Below, in pieces: positions 10,818 to 20,325 of a DNA stretch of 64,000 bases. The first letter of the stretch is position 1; each line of letters opens with the position of its first letter. The notes below the pieces were generated by a model, which ran no database searches, had not been told where the DNA came from, and saw nothing but the letters and a program-made list of their open reading frames with translations. The position numbers and the translations under genes were made by a program. The DNA comes from an uncultured cyanobacterium (GTDB taxonomy: Bacteria > Cyanobacteriota > Cyanobacteriia > Cyanobacteriales > Cyanobacteriaceae): NCBI GenBank assembly GCA_963710605.1, contig CAVQBA010000004.1, positions 128,001 through 192,000 of the forward strand, in the 5' to 3' direction.

Positions 10818-11819
10818 ATGAAAACTTCAGAAATATCTAAATCCCCACTGATTTTAGTTGCTCCTTTTTTCTTTTTAGCAACGGCAATGGTGGTAATGAA
10901 GTCACTGATTCCTGATACAACACCATTATTTCTGGCTTCTTTTCGCTTGATTCCCGCTGGGCTTTTAATCATTTTGTTAGCCGTTATCTTAAAAATTCCT
11001 CAACCCAAAGGCTGGAAAGCATGGCTCTGGATTTTACTTTTTGCACTCATTGATGGAGCAATGTTCCAAAGTTTTCTAACTACAGGGTTAGTCCACACAG
11101 GTGCTGGAGTAGGTGCTGTCTTAATTGATGCCCAACCTTTAGTAGTAGCTATATTAGCAAGGTTAATCTTCCGTGAAAAAATAGGTATATGGGGATGGAT
11201 AGGCTTAACAATTGGTTTAGTTGGTATTTGTTTGTGTGGTTTACCAACTTTATGGATTGAAAATTTCTTACAAGGTAATGGTATTCCTTTTGCGAATGGT
11301 AGTTTTTCTTTGGAAAATATTTTACAAAGTGGTGAGTTGTTGATGCTTTTAGCGGCATTATCGATGTCTTTTGGGACTATTATCATCAGAGTAGTACAAA
11401 AATATGTAGATCCAGTTGTAGCAACAGGATGGCATCTATTTTTAGGCGGAATCCCTGTTTTGATATTATCTTTTCTGTGGGAATCAAATCAATGGCAAAA
11501 TCTTTCAGGGCAAGAATGGTTAGGAATAAGTTACGCCACAGTATTTGGTACGGCTGTCACTTATGGACTATTCTTTTTTCTAGCGGCTAATGGAAATTTA
11601 ACTAGTGTTAGTGCTTTAATCTTTTTGACACCAGTTTTTGCACTATTATTTAGTACTATTTTTTTACAAGAAGAATTAACTAAATATCAATGGATAGGAG
11701 TATCGATTGCTTTGTTTAGTATTCTTATTGTTAATCAAAGAACTCAAATCGAAGAATATATTGCTAAATCTTTCTCTAAATCAGAAGAGGCAACAGTGAA
11801 ATCAGAAAAATCGAGTTAA
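10818..11819 (+). CDS. DMT/EamA family transporter
   Basis: About 10 TM segments, APFFFLATAMV, two EamA repeats. ATG at 10818; upstream TTG at 10812. Confidence 0.9.
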   Translation: MKTSEISKSPLILVAPFFFLATAMVVMKSLIPDTTPLFLASFRLIPAGLLIILLAVILKIPQPKGWKAWLWILLFALIDGAMFQSFLTTGLVHTGAGVGAVLIDAQPLVVAILARLIFREKIGIWGWIGLTIGLVGICLCGLPTLWIENFLQGNGIPFANGSFSLENILQSGELLMLLAALSMSFGTIIIRVVQKYVDPVVATGWHLFLGGIPVLILSFLWESNQWQNLSGQEWLGISYATVFGTAVTYGLFFFLAANGNLTSVSALIFLTPVFALLFSTIFLQEELTKYQWIGVSIALFSILIVNQRTQIEEYIAKSFSKSEEATVKSEKSS

Positions 11820-12061
11820 GCGTAAGGTTATTTCTGGTCAAAAATATACCAATGGTGCTTTACTACTTATACTTAAGATTTGTAAAAATTATAATTATAA
11901 TTGAGACGATTTGATGATATTTTCTTTCAGTTTAATTTATTAAACGTTATCTGTTAGCCTTGCCAATTCATACCCAAGGCGGGTTTTATCTTCTTATTTG
12001 CACTGTTTTTATACTGTCTCAAATTTAACCTAAACAACTATACTTATAAGTTTTTTTAAAA

Positions 12062-12152
12062 ACCCCCCTCTCCTCGCAGGAGCGGTCAGACCCCGCGTCG
12101 GCGTAAGACGCAAGGGAACGCTGACCAAGACAGAGGGGTTGGGGGTGAGGTT
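12062..12152. repeat. Palindromic small dispersed repeat interrupted by a 49 bp structured insert
   Basis: CCCTCTCCTCGCAGGAG|insert 12083-12131|AGAGGGGTTGGGGGTGAGG; an uninterrupted relative lies near 60525-60560. Confidence 0.75.
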
Positions 12153-12198
12153 AAATTAAAGGTAAGAAGACAACCCTTGTAAAGTTTGCACCAATTAA

Positions 12199-13452
12199 CT
12201 AGGCTCGATCGAGTTCGAGAAAAGTCTGCAACAAGACATTAGCACCTTGAGTACATTGCTCAGGGGTTGTATATTCATCAACCGAATGACTAATTCCTGC
12301 TTCACTAGGCACAAAAATCATTCCCATATCAGCAAAACGCCCTATTTCTTGAGCATCATGCCCTGCACGACTAGGTAAGTGGGTATAACTTAACTCCATT
12401 TGAGTACATACTTGAGCGATAATATCCATAACTAAAGGTTTTGCCAGGGTAGGCAGAATATGCAATGTGGTGGACATTCTGATTTGGGTATTAGTTTTAA
12501 TCGCTATTCGATCGAACTCATTTTTCATTTCTTGCATCAAAAAATCGAGGTGATTTTGAGATAAATCTCTTAAATCGATCGATAAATTAACTTTCTCGGG
12601 TACTGTATTGACAGTATTAGGAGAAACCTCTAAGTATCCAACTGTTGCCACTTGCTCACCTTCAATTTCTGTTGCTAAACGATTTACTGCAACTACAACA
12701 TGAGATGCCGCCACCAGAGCATCTTTACGACAATCCATCTTCGTTGTACCAGCGTGGTTAGCACGTCCTTTAACTTCTACTGCAAAACGATATTGCCCTA
12801 CAACACCTTGAACTACACCAATTTGTTTATTTTCGTCTTCTAAAATTCCTCCTTGTTCAACGTGCAATTCAACAAAAGTAGCAATTTCTGCTGATTGCCG
12901 ATATGCTTCTTTAATCTTTGACCAATCTCCGCCAATTAGTTCTAAACAATTTTCGATCGATCGCCCATCTTTACGTCGGTAAATTTCTGATTCATCAACA
13001 ACATTACCTGCCATTGCTTTAGAGCCGATTACACTAGATTCTTCATCAGTAAAAACGATAACTTCGATCGGATGATTAAGCCTCATCTTATTTTCACAAA
13101 GAGTGCGAACAACTTCAATTCCGGCTAATACTCCTAAAGTTCCATCAAATTTACCTGCAATACAAACAGTGTCAATATGAGAACCTGTTGCTAAAGCACC
13201 TTTATTGGGATTCGTACCTCTATAAGTACCAATGATATTACCCGCCGCATCAATACGGACGGACATACCCGCTTCTTTCATCCACGATTGTACTAATTGA
13301 CGAGCTAGTAAATCTTCGGGGCTAAATGCTACCCGACTGACTCCACCGTTAGTTAGTTTGCCTATTTCAGCTAATTGAGCAATAGAACGGTTAAGACGTT
13401 CTCCATTAATTCTGAGACTCGAAATGTTTTTGGTAATAGTAGGAACAGACAT
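12199..13452 (-). CDS. M20 Zn-dependent amidohydrolase (allantoate amidohydrolase / N-carbamoylase family)
   Basis: GSHIDTV, FDGTLGV, FTDEE, ELHVEQG, ANHAGT, AGHDAQ, GISH..DE. Confidence 0.92.
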   Translation of the reverse strand: MSVPTITKNISSLRINGERLNRSIAQLAEIGKLTNGGVSRVAFSPEDLLARQLVQSWMKEAGMSVRIDAAGNIIGTYRGTNPNKGALATGSHIDTVCIAGKFDGTLGVLAGIEVVRTLCENKMRLNHPIEVIVFTDEESSVIGSKAMAGNVVDESEIYRRKDGRSIENCLELIGGDWSKIKEAYRQSAEIATFVELHVEQGGILEDENKQIGVVQGVVGQYRFAVEVKGRANHAGTTKMDCRKDALVAASHVVVAVNRLATEIEGEQVATVGYLEVSPNTVNTVPEKVNLSIDLRDLSQNHLDFLMQEMKNEFDRIAIKTNTQIRMSTTLHILPTLAKPLVMDIIAQVCTQMELSYTHLPSRAGHDAQEIGRFADMGMIFVPSEAGISHSVDEYTTPEQCTQGANVLLQTFLELDRA

Positions 13453-13553
13453 AATTATTTTTCTAGATACAATTTACACTCGCCTGTTAAATCAAGATTA
13501 TAGAGGGTGATTTTTACTTTTACTTCTGCTAACTAGACATTTGATTAGTTAAT

Positions 13554-13625
13554 GCTTTCCTTCGCCAGAATAAATCCACAAGGATTTCGATTTTACTCTC
13601 ACGGTATGCCCTACCACCGAAAGAT
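13554..13625 (-). ncRNA. TPP-riboswitch-like structured RNA (variant) in the amidohydrolase leader
   Basis: UCUUUCG-GU-GGUA(GGGCA)UACC-G-UGAGAGUAAAAU-CGAAAU-CCU-UG-UGGAUUUAUUCUG-GCGA-AGG-AAAGC. GGUG, UGAGA, CCU/AGG and GCG occur in TPP-aptamer order. Manual match only. Confidence 0.5.
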
Positions 13626-14032
13626 TTAGAACTTTATTATTTAATTTTTTGCTGACTTTACAATTCAATGCTATAACCTGCTATACCGATCGCCATTAAA
13701 TTCTCTAGAGGCGATATTTGTCCAGAAATATTCAGGTTAGAGAAGTCGCTTTCTTAAATATGTTACGTATATTACTGCTACTTCAATTTAGCATATTTAT
13801 CCTAAAAATTAGTGCATTGGTCCTGCCATAATAACTTTAGCGATTGCATCTGTGACTGCTTGAGAATCTTCTTGTTTTAATTGTTGATACCATTTTTTTT
13901 ATGACTTTTTAATAAATTACTTCTACGAAACTATATTTTGAATGAAATAAATGACTAGACAAAATTAATTATAGATTGTATTTTCTGTTCAAATTGATAA
14001 TAATAATGATACGATAAAGAGTCTAAAGCCTT

Positions 14033-14121
14033 TGTACAGATACAATTTATTCTGTTTATGTACTTAAACCCAAGATTTTCAATTTGCCATTATTATCGTC
14101 AGTTGACTATGTACTGTATGC
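14033..14121. promoter_or_regulatory. Two degenerate operator boxes upstream of gntR (possible autoregulation)
   Basis: TGTACAGATACA (14033-14044) and TATGTACTGTATGC (14108-14121). Confidence 0.5.
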
Positions 14122-14192
14122 CAAAAAACTGGGAAATGATTGTATCAACACAGATCATTTTTAATAAATAGACAAGAAGGAGAATAATAATT

Positions 14193-14888
14193 TTGACTAT
14201 ATCATCCCATTTTGTACAACGAAATCAATCTTTACAAGAACAAACCTATCAAGCAATCCGTACTGCTATTTTGACGGGGGAACTTGCTCCTGGAGAACGT
14301 TTAGTAGAAACTAAACTATCCAAAAAGTTACAAGTTAGTAGAACTCCGATTAGAGAAGCATTACATCAATTAAAACAGCAAGATTTAGTTGTTTCCCGCA
14401 GAAATAATATTTTACAAGTGGCAGAATTTTCGATACAAGATGCTATTCAATTATATGATTGCCGTCTAGCTTTAGAAAAATTATCAGTCACTCAAGCTTG
14501 TAGTCAAATAAGTTCTAAGCAATTAAAAAAACTCGAGCAAATATTAAATCAATCGGCAAAATTGAGTAAAGCATCTTCTTCGCCATTAAAAGATTTTCAA
14601 ATGCTTGATTTAGATTGTCGTTTTCACCGCTTATTAGCAGAAAGTTCGGGAAATTTATGGTTAGGATCGCTGTTAGACCAAGTTTTCGATAAAATGACTT
14701 TAATTCGAGTACATACTTTACAACAAAATAGCCAAGTGCTTAATATCAATAGTGAACATCAACAAATCTATGATTCTCTTGCAAAAGGTAATCTTGAGCA
14801 AGCCTCGATCGCTATTACTACACACTTAAGCTCAGCTAAAACTAGAGTCATTACGCAGATGCAACAACAAAAAATGCAAAAGCCATAA
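14193..14888 (+). CDS. GntR-family regulator (FadR/VanR subfamily, FCD domain)
   Basis: wHTH PGERLVE...VSRTPIREAL; FCD motifs DCRFH, SGN, EH. Confidence 0.93.
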   Translation: MTISSHFVQRNQSLQEQTYQAIRTAILTGELAPGERLVETKLSKKLQVSRTPIREALHQLKQQDLVVSRRNNILQVAEFSIQDAIQLYDCRLALEKLSVTQACSQISSKQLKKLEQILNQSAKLSKASSSPLKDFQMLDLDCRFHRLLAESSGNLWLGSLLDQVFDKMTLIRVHTLQQNSQVLNINSEHQQIYDSLAKGNLEQASIAITTHLSSAKTRVITQMQQQKMQKP

Positions 14889-15060
14889 CTAGGCATTCAG
14901 ACGATCGACTTACTTTATTAATACAGGTTTTACACAAATTGTTTTGTATTTTTATGTTTAACTACTATTATTAGAAGTCGATCGCATTTATACACATCAT
15001 TTGAAATTCTCGTAACTTTCAATAATCTTAACTCATGCTCATTGCTCAATAGTAAGTTTG

Positions 15061-16104
15061 TCAATTATTGACAAGATGAGAAAGCTGTTGACTATCAAAA
15101 TCTACTTCCTTTTGATGTTGCTTAATCAAAGAAGCTATTTTTTGACGAATCAAAATACCCGGCTTATCGGTTATCATATGTTGCTCTTTACTATTTTTCA
15201 TAGATAAAGGTACATCGTAATCAGTACTCTCTAAGATAAGTTTATCTTCTAAAGTTACAGCTCGATTGAAAGCTATCACATCTTCAGTAGCTGTATCAGC
15301 TTCAGTATCGTTACGCAAACAAAACTGTACCATTTGCGAGACACCATCACTAATCGGAGTCATAGTATTAACAATAATATGTACTAAACCGTTAGCATAA
15401 TTAATTCTCAATTTGACAGTGAAAGGGGCAAACCAATAACCATCAATACTACGATCGGTTTGAGTATCCTCCATTTTGAGATTTTGTTGTTGCTGCTCAT
15501 TATTTGTTACTCCCAAAACACTTTTATAATAAAGTCCCCATTCGAGATCTTCAAATTCCATTACATTAGGAGTCAAATGTTCATCACTACCAAAAGTATT
15601 AGTATGAACAAAAGCAGGATGTGCCATATCTAACTCATTTTCCATCACTCGTAATCCCGCACAATTCCAAGTTTCGTAAAATTCGGGGATTAAGCGGTAA
15701 TTTGAATCATCAGCTTCGGTAATAGTTGGTATTTCGGTTAATGGCTCTTCTAATGATACCCAAGCATAACCATAACGCTCAACACAATAATAAGATTTCA
15801 CCTTATAACTATCAGAAATAGCTTTTTCTGGAGCTTGAGGCACACAGACGCATTTACCATCTTTATCGAATTGCCAACCGTGATAACTACAGGCTAAATT
15901 ACCATCAACAATTTTTCCTAATGACAATTTAGCAGTCCGATGACAACATCTATCTTCAACGGCACAAGGCTCTTTTTTTGAATTTAACCAAAGCACAATC
16001 GGTTGTTCTAATAGCACAAAAGATTGAGGTTTTTCTTGGAGATTTGCTATCGGCATTACAGGATACCAAAAACGTTTGAAAAGTGGTTCTTGAGTGACTA
16101 ACAT
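15061..16104 (-). CDS. Rieske non-heme iron oxygenase alpha subunit (HpxD-like purine hydroxylase candidate)
   Basis: Rieske ligands RCCHR...CSYHGW; mononuclear Fe motif ENELDMAHPAFVH. Function inferred from the purine context. Confidence 0.88.
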   Translation of the reverse strand: MLVTQEPLFKRFWYPVMPIANLQEKPQSFVLLEQPIVLWLNSKKEPCAVEDRCCHRTAKLSLGKIVDGNLACSYHGWQFDKDGKCVCVPQAPEKAISDSYKVKSYYCVERYGYAWVSLEEPLTEIPTITEADDSNYRLIPEFYETWNCAGLRVMENELDMAHPAFVHTNTFGSDEHLTPNVMEFEDLEWGLYYKSVLGVTNNEQQQQNLKMEDTQTDRSIDGYWFAPFTVKLRINYANGLVHIIVNTMTPISDGVSQMVQFCLRNDTEADTATEDVIAFNRAVTLEDKLILESTDYDVPLSMKNSKEQHMITDKPGILIRQKIASLIKQHQKEVDFDSQQLSHLVNN

Positions 16105-16216
16105 AATATTTAGATATAAAAATTTAGATTAAAATTTAATTACTATTTTGGTTGAAATACTAAGTAAGCTCAGAATTTAATACCGTAGCCTATAATAAAG
16201 TTATTTTGTTTTAACT

Positions 16217-16579
16217 TTAACTACCTCGATAAGTACTATAAGACCAAGGCGAAGCTAGTAAAGGGACATGATAATGAGCGTTTATATCCGCTATCCCAAA
16301 ACGTAGAGGAATAGAGTCTAAAAATAATGGTAATGGTAAATTATCTATATGTGCAGTGAAATAACTTCCCATGAAAAAAACTAATTCATAAACACCAGTT
16401 TTTAGATTATTTTCTTCTAATAAAGGTTCGTCGGTACGTCCATCTTGATTAGTTTTAATCGTTTTAATTAAAGTCTTCTCTTTTGAGTTTTCTTCTATGT
16501 ACCATAATTCAATGGAAACATTCTCAGCAGGACAACCTCTAGCAGTATCTAAAACATGAGTTGTTAATTTTCCAGACAT
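16217..16579 (-). CDS. uraH: 5-hydroxyisourate hydrolase (transthyretin-like)
   Basis: LTTHVLD, DGR, HYHVPLL and C-terminal YRGS. Confidence 0.96.
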   Translation of the reverse strand: MSGKLTTHVLDTARGCPAENVSIELWYIEENSKEKTLIKTIKTNQDGRTDEPLLEENNLKTGVYELVFFMGSYFTAHIDNLPLPLFLDSIPLRFGIADINAHYHVPLLASPWSYSTYRGS

Positions 16580-16707
16580 TTATCAATTTTCCTTTCCATC
16601 ATTTAATGTTTTCTTTTGAGTTTATCAAACACTTTAATGTAGTAATATACACTCTCAATTGGTTTAAACTTTACTTTAATTTCTTTTATATTTAGCTTAA
16701 AAACTAT

Positions 16708-16722
16708 TGTATACTGTATACC
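16708..16722. promoter_or_regulatory. Putative GntR operator upstream of uraH and the Rieske gene
   Basis: TGTATACTGTATACC, overlapping a minus-strand TACAAT. Confidence 0.7.
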
Positions 16723-17251
16723 ATTAATTATAAATAAATAAAAGTGTTAGATGATACCAAAGACTAAAAAAGAAGAAAAAAACTGGCTCAACACAATATT
16801 TATTAATTACTCATAAATAATCCCAATAGTCCTTTCACTTTTTTCAAGATTATTACGAATATATTTTGAGACTTAATTTGATCTAATTTAATTACCGCAA
16901 TATACAACTATGAGTTGAAACTATCAAAAAATTATCATCGAATTTAAACTCAATTTTTTGGGTGGTGATTGTTTTGATTTAAAAAAAGGAAAAGCTATCA
17001 TTTTTCAATATATCTTTACAGATTAAATCCCCATACGATCGATTTACAAATAAGATTGTGCTTCTAATTTTAGAATACCGTCTAATAATTCAAAACAAAA
17101 TTTTTTAAATTTATCGACGGATGTTTGCACAAAAATAAAAATCCGTTCATTACGTTTTCAATCTACTTTAGTTAACGTATTAACAGTAGTAGATCGAAAA
17201 CAATCTGAAGCTTAAAAAGAATTGAAATAAATGTTTTAAGCAATCAGTTCA

Positions 17252-17602
17252 CTAAGATTTTTGATTATTTTTATTTTGCTCAGATTGAAACTTAGTTTGT
17301 TGATCTTCTTGAAAAACTTGATTGTTTTTATTTTGCTCAGATTGAAACTGAGCTTGCTGTTTTGGAGTTTGCTGAGAAGTCTGAGTTTGTTGTGATTCTT
17401 GTTGTTGATATTCTTGATCTACACCAAGGTACTGTGGCTGAATATTATTTTTTTGTTGTAAAGATTGTTGATCTTGCTGAGTGTACGGATTAGTTTGGTT
17501 ATTAGCCGAATAATCATAATCTGCGGCATTAGCAGGGGTAACAATTAATGTTGTTACTGTAAATAAAAAAGCGATCGACGCTAAAACAAATTTACGAATC
17601 AT
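17252..17602 (-). CDS. Secreted Gln-rich low-complexity protein
   Basis: Signal peptide ending ANA; Q-rich; FQSEQNKNNQ occurs twice; GGAGG RBS upstream. Confidence 0.75.
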   Translation of the reverse strand: MIRKFVLASIAFLFTVTTLIVTPANAADYDYSANNQTNPYTQQDQQSLQQKNNIQPQYLGVDQEYQQQESQQTQTSQQTPKQQAQFQSEQNKNNQVFQEDQQTKFQSEQNKNNQKS

Positions 17603-17994
17603 GTGGAAAAAACCTCCTTTATTGTTAACTATTTTTAATGTTGATTTTCTAACTCTTGAAGTTAGTGTTTTTTCAACTTACTCTTACTATAGTATCACTT
17701 TTTAATAGTAAGCAAATAATAGTTTTGTTAGAAAAAATACTACTTGACAAAATGCTTAATAAAGGAGTGATTCTTTGTAGCTGTAAAAACTTAGGAATAA
17801 CTCAAAAAAAAGTGATAATAATTCAAGGTTTTTGACAAAATTTTCGAGACAAAACTAAGTAATTTGTTTAATTTCCTTAAGAGCTTGTTTTGTCTCTTTT
17901 TGTTTACTATTTTGGAGTCTTGAGGTGAAGGCATCTAAAATACAAAAAGCTTTTAGTTCATTTGATTTAATACTGTTAAGGTAATGATTATGGC

Positions 17995-18906
17995 TTAATT
18001 TTTCTCTAAATGATTTTTATACCAATGGTGGGCAATATCAACCCTTTTGCATAACCAAACCGAATCATGTTGTTGAACATAGTCTAAAAATCTTGCAAGT
18101 GCAGTTGCCCTTCCAGCTCTACCCGACAAACGACAATGTAAACCAATACTCATCATTTTAGGAGCAGTTTCACCTTCAGAGTACAACATATCAAAAGCAT
18201 CTCGTAAATAAGCAAAAAATTGATCTCCTGAATTAAAACCCTGAGGAGTGGCAAACCGCATATCATTATTATCAAGGGTATAAGGAATAACTAAATGAGG
18301 TTTTCCGTAATCATGAACCCAATAAGGAAGATCGTCAGCGTAACTATCTGAGTCATAAAGAAAACCACCTTCTTCTACTACTAATTTACGGGTATAAGGA
18401 CTGTTACGCCCTGTGTACCACCCTTGAGGACGACTTCCTGTCATTTGAGTGTGAATAGCGATCGCTTTTTGTAAATGTTTTTGTTCTTCGGCTTCACTAA
18501 AATAACTATAGTCAATCCAGCGATAACCATGACTAGCAATCTCCCAGTTTGCTTCAATCATAGCGGCAACCGCTTCAGGATTACGTTCTAAAGCCATAGC
18601 TATTCCATAAACTGTTACAGGAATATTTCTTTGAGTAAATAAACGATGTAATCGCCAAAAACCCGATCGAGAGCCATATTCATAGCAAGACTCCATATTC
18701 ATGTGTCGTAAACCTTTAAATGGAGTTGCCCCCACAATCTCCGAGAGAAAAGCTTCTGAAGACTCATCCCCATGTAAAACGCAATTTTCTCCTCCTTCTT
18801 CATAATTAATCACGAATTGCACAGCAATACGAGCATCGTTTAACCATTTAGGGTGAGGAGGATTTTGCCCATAACCGATCATGTCTCTGGGATAAGATAA
18901 TGACAT
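17995..18906 (-). CDS. puuE: Allantoinase PuuE (polysaccharide deacetylase fold)
   Basis: YPRDMIGYG, INYEEGGE, YEYGSRSGFWR, IPYTLDNNDMRF, GLHCRL. Confidence 0.95.
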   Translation of the reverse strand: MSLSYPRDMIGYGQNPPHPKWLNDARIAVQFVINYEEGGENCVLHGDESSEAFLSEIVGATPFKGLRHMNMESCYEYGSRSGFWRLHRLFTQRNIPVTVYGIAMALERNPEAVAAMIEANWEIASHGYRWIDYSYFSEAEEQKHLQKAIAIHTQMTGSRPQGWYTGRNSPYTRKLVVEEGGFLYDSDSYADDLPYWVHDYGKPHLVIPYTLDNNDMRFATPQGFNSGDQFFAYLRDAFDMLYSEGETAPKMMSIGLHCRLSGRAGRATALARFLDYVQQHDSVWLCKRVDIAHHWYKNHLEKN

Positions 18907-19200
18907 TAGCTACTAATAACTATTTTTAATTAATTTTTACCTATGTATGGAACAAAAATTTTGAAAACCTGATTATTTCATCATCAACTAAAAATGCTGA
19001 AATTTTTTTAGTCTAAACTTTTACTTAATTTAAAGTTATTTTTTGTCCTGTCGCCGAGAATTTTTACTTTAAATAAAAAAAGATTTACTCAAGTAAAATT
19101 GTAACCGTGAATTTAAATACTGGATTTAGAGTATTTTCAACAATAATTTATTTACCCTTTTTAGTAATTACCTTCCCCAATTTTGTTTTAAATTAGGGGG

Positions 19201-19608
19201 CTATATGTTAGAAGCACTATTTTTTAGTGTTTTTTGATATGCCACCCAGCCACCCAAATTGGAAATATCTGGAAAATTATATTTTTTGATTAACTCTTCT
19301 GGATATAAAAAAGCGGTTAAAGTTTCCCCATCTTGCAAATAAATATCGGCTGGATACATATCGGGGGGTTCATTCTTTGCTAGGTAGTTGAATTGTTCAT
19401 CTGTTAATTCATATACTTCCCCTGGGATGGAAATACCATTATCTTCGCTAATTTCGTATATAGCAGGATGCCAACCGTCTTTCGCCGAGTGAAGACGATA
19501 CCGAGATTCAGTTTGTGCTTCTCTGATAAATTTAGCAGATTGCAAATTTTGATGATCGGGTTGTCCTCTCAAAGCCGAACCACAAATAAAAACACGCTTC
19601 ATAGTCAC
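19201..19608 (-). CDS. Gamma-glutamylcyclotransferase-fold protein resembling the allophanate hydrolase C-terminal domain
   Basis: FICGSALRGQPDHQNL, YRL, IPGEVYEL, EPP, DIS..GGW.AY. Confidence 0.75.
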   Translation of the reverse strand: MTMKRVFICGSALRGQPDHQNLQSAKFIREAQTESRYRLHSAKDGWHPAIYEISEDNGISIPGEVYELTDEQFNYLAKNEPPDMYPADIYLQDGETLTAFLYPEELIKKYNFPDISNLGGWVAYQKTLKNSASNI

Positions 19609-19631
19609 ATTTTATGATTAATTTTTTGATC

Positions 19632-19646
19632 GCATACAGTATACAG
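19632..19646. promoter_or_regulatory. Putative GntR operator overlapping a -10 (TATACT, minus strand)
   Basis: GCATACAGTATACAG, ~25 bp upstream of the start codon. Confidence 0.65.
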
Positions 19647-20029
19647 TTTATCAAGACAAATTAATAATGTAAAGTAAATTTATATTCTAAACAGGGAAAA
19701 AGCATATTCGATCGAAATTATTCCAATCCTTATAATCTTCTTGAGTAAACCTCTAATTATCGAAAATTAAATAGACTTTGTTAACGATGGGTAATATCAA
19801 GTCTATTTTAGCCTTTTTTCAAAATTATCTAATCTTTTTAATTTTATCTGAAGCTTGCTTATATATTTTATGATCTAGTTTTCTGTTGACCTTTCTCTTA
19901 ATAGATAACCCGTAAACACAGGAAAACTATCAAGCAACAAACTGAGGCGAAGCGTCAAAGTTCTAAAGAAAAGAAAAGGCAAAATATTAAAAACCCCGCC
20001 TCTGAAAAAACGGGGTAGTTTATAAATAC

Positions 20030-20251
20030 TTATTTATACTTAACAGATGAATTAGTGCGTGAATTTAAATAATAATTCAAAGGATAATGATTATAGATCT
20101 TAGTTGAATCTTCTTTTCGTGTAACCATTTCTGTTGGTTGATCTTTATCTGTTACCCATTTCCAGTCGTTAATGTCAAAATAAACGTTGGCGAGAAATGT
20201 CTTCGATGATTGACAGACGTTTATTATTTTCGAGCTTAAATTAATAATCAT
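20030..20251 (-). CDS. Small hypothetical protein (73 aa)
   Basis: GGAGG RBS upstream; many differences from the adjacent paralogous copy fall at codon third positions. Confidence 0.65.
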   Translation of the reverse strand: MIINLSSKIINVCQSSKTFLANVYFDINDWKWVTDKDQPTEMVTRKEDSTKIYNHYPLNYYLNSRTNSSVKYK

Positions 20252-20325
20252 ACTATAACCTCCTGTTTTGTATCAATTTATACTTTTTATCTTTTTAATA
20301 TAGCATAGTTTAAAATAAATGTGCA

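Noticed and set aside
13810-13930. Minus-strand fragment KKWYQQLKQEDSQAVTDAIAKVIMAGP resembling a RelE/HigB toxin N-terminus
   Set aside because: Short, flanked by stops and without a start; too weak to call.
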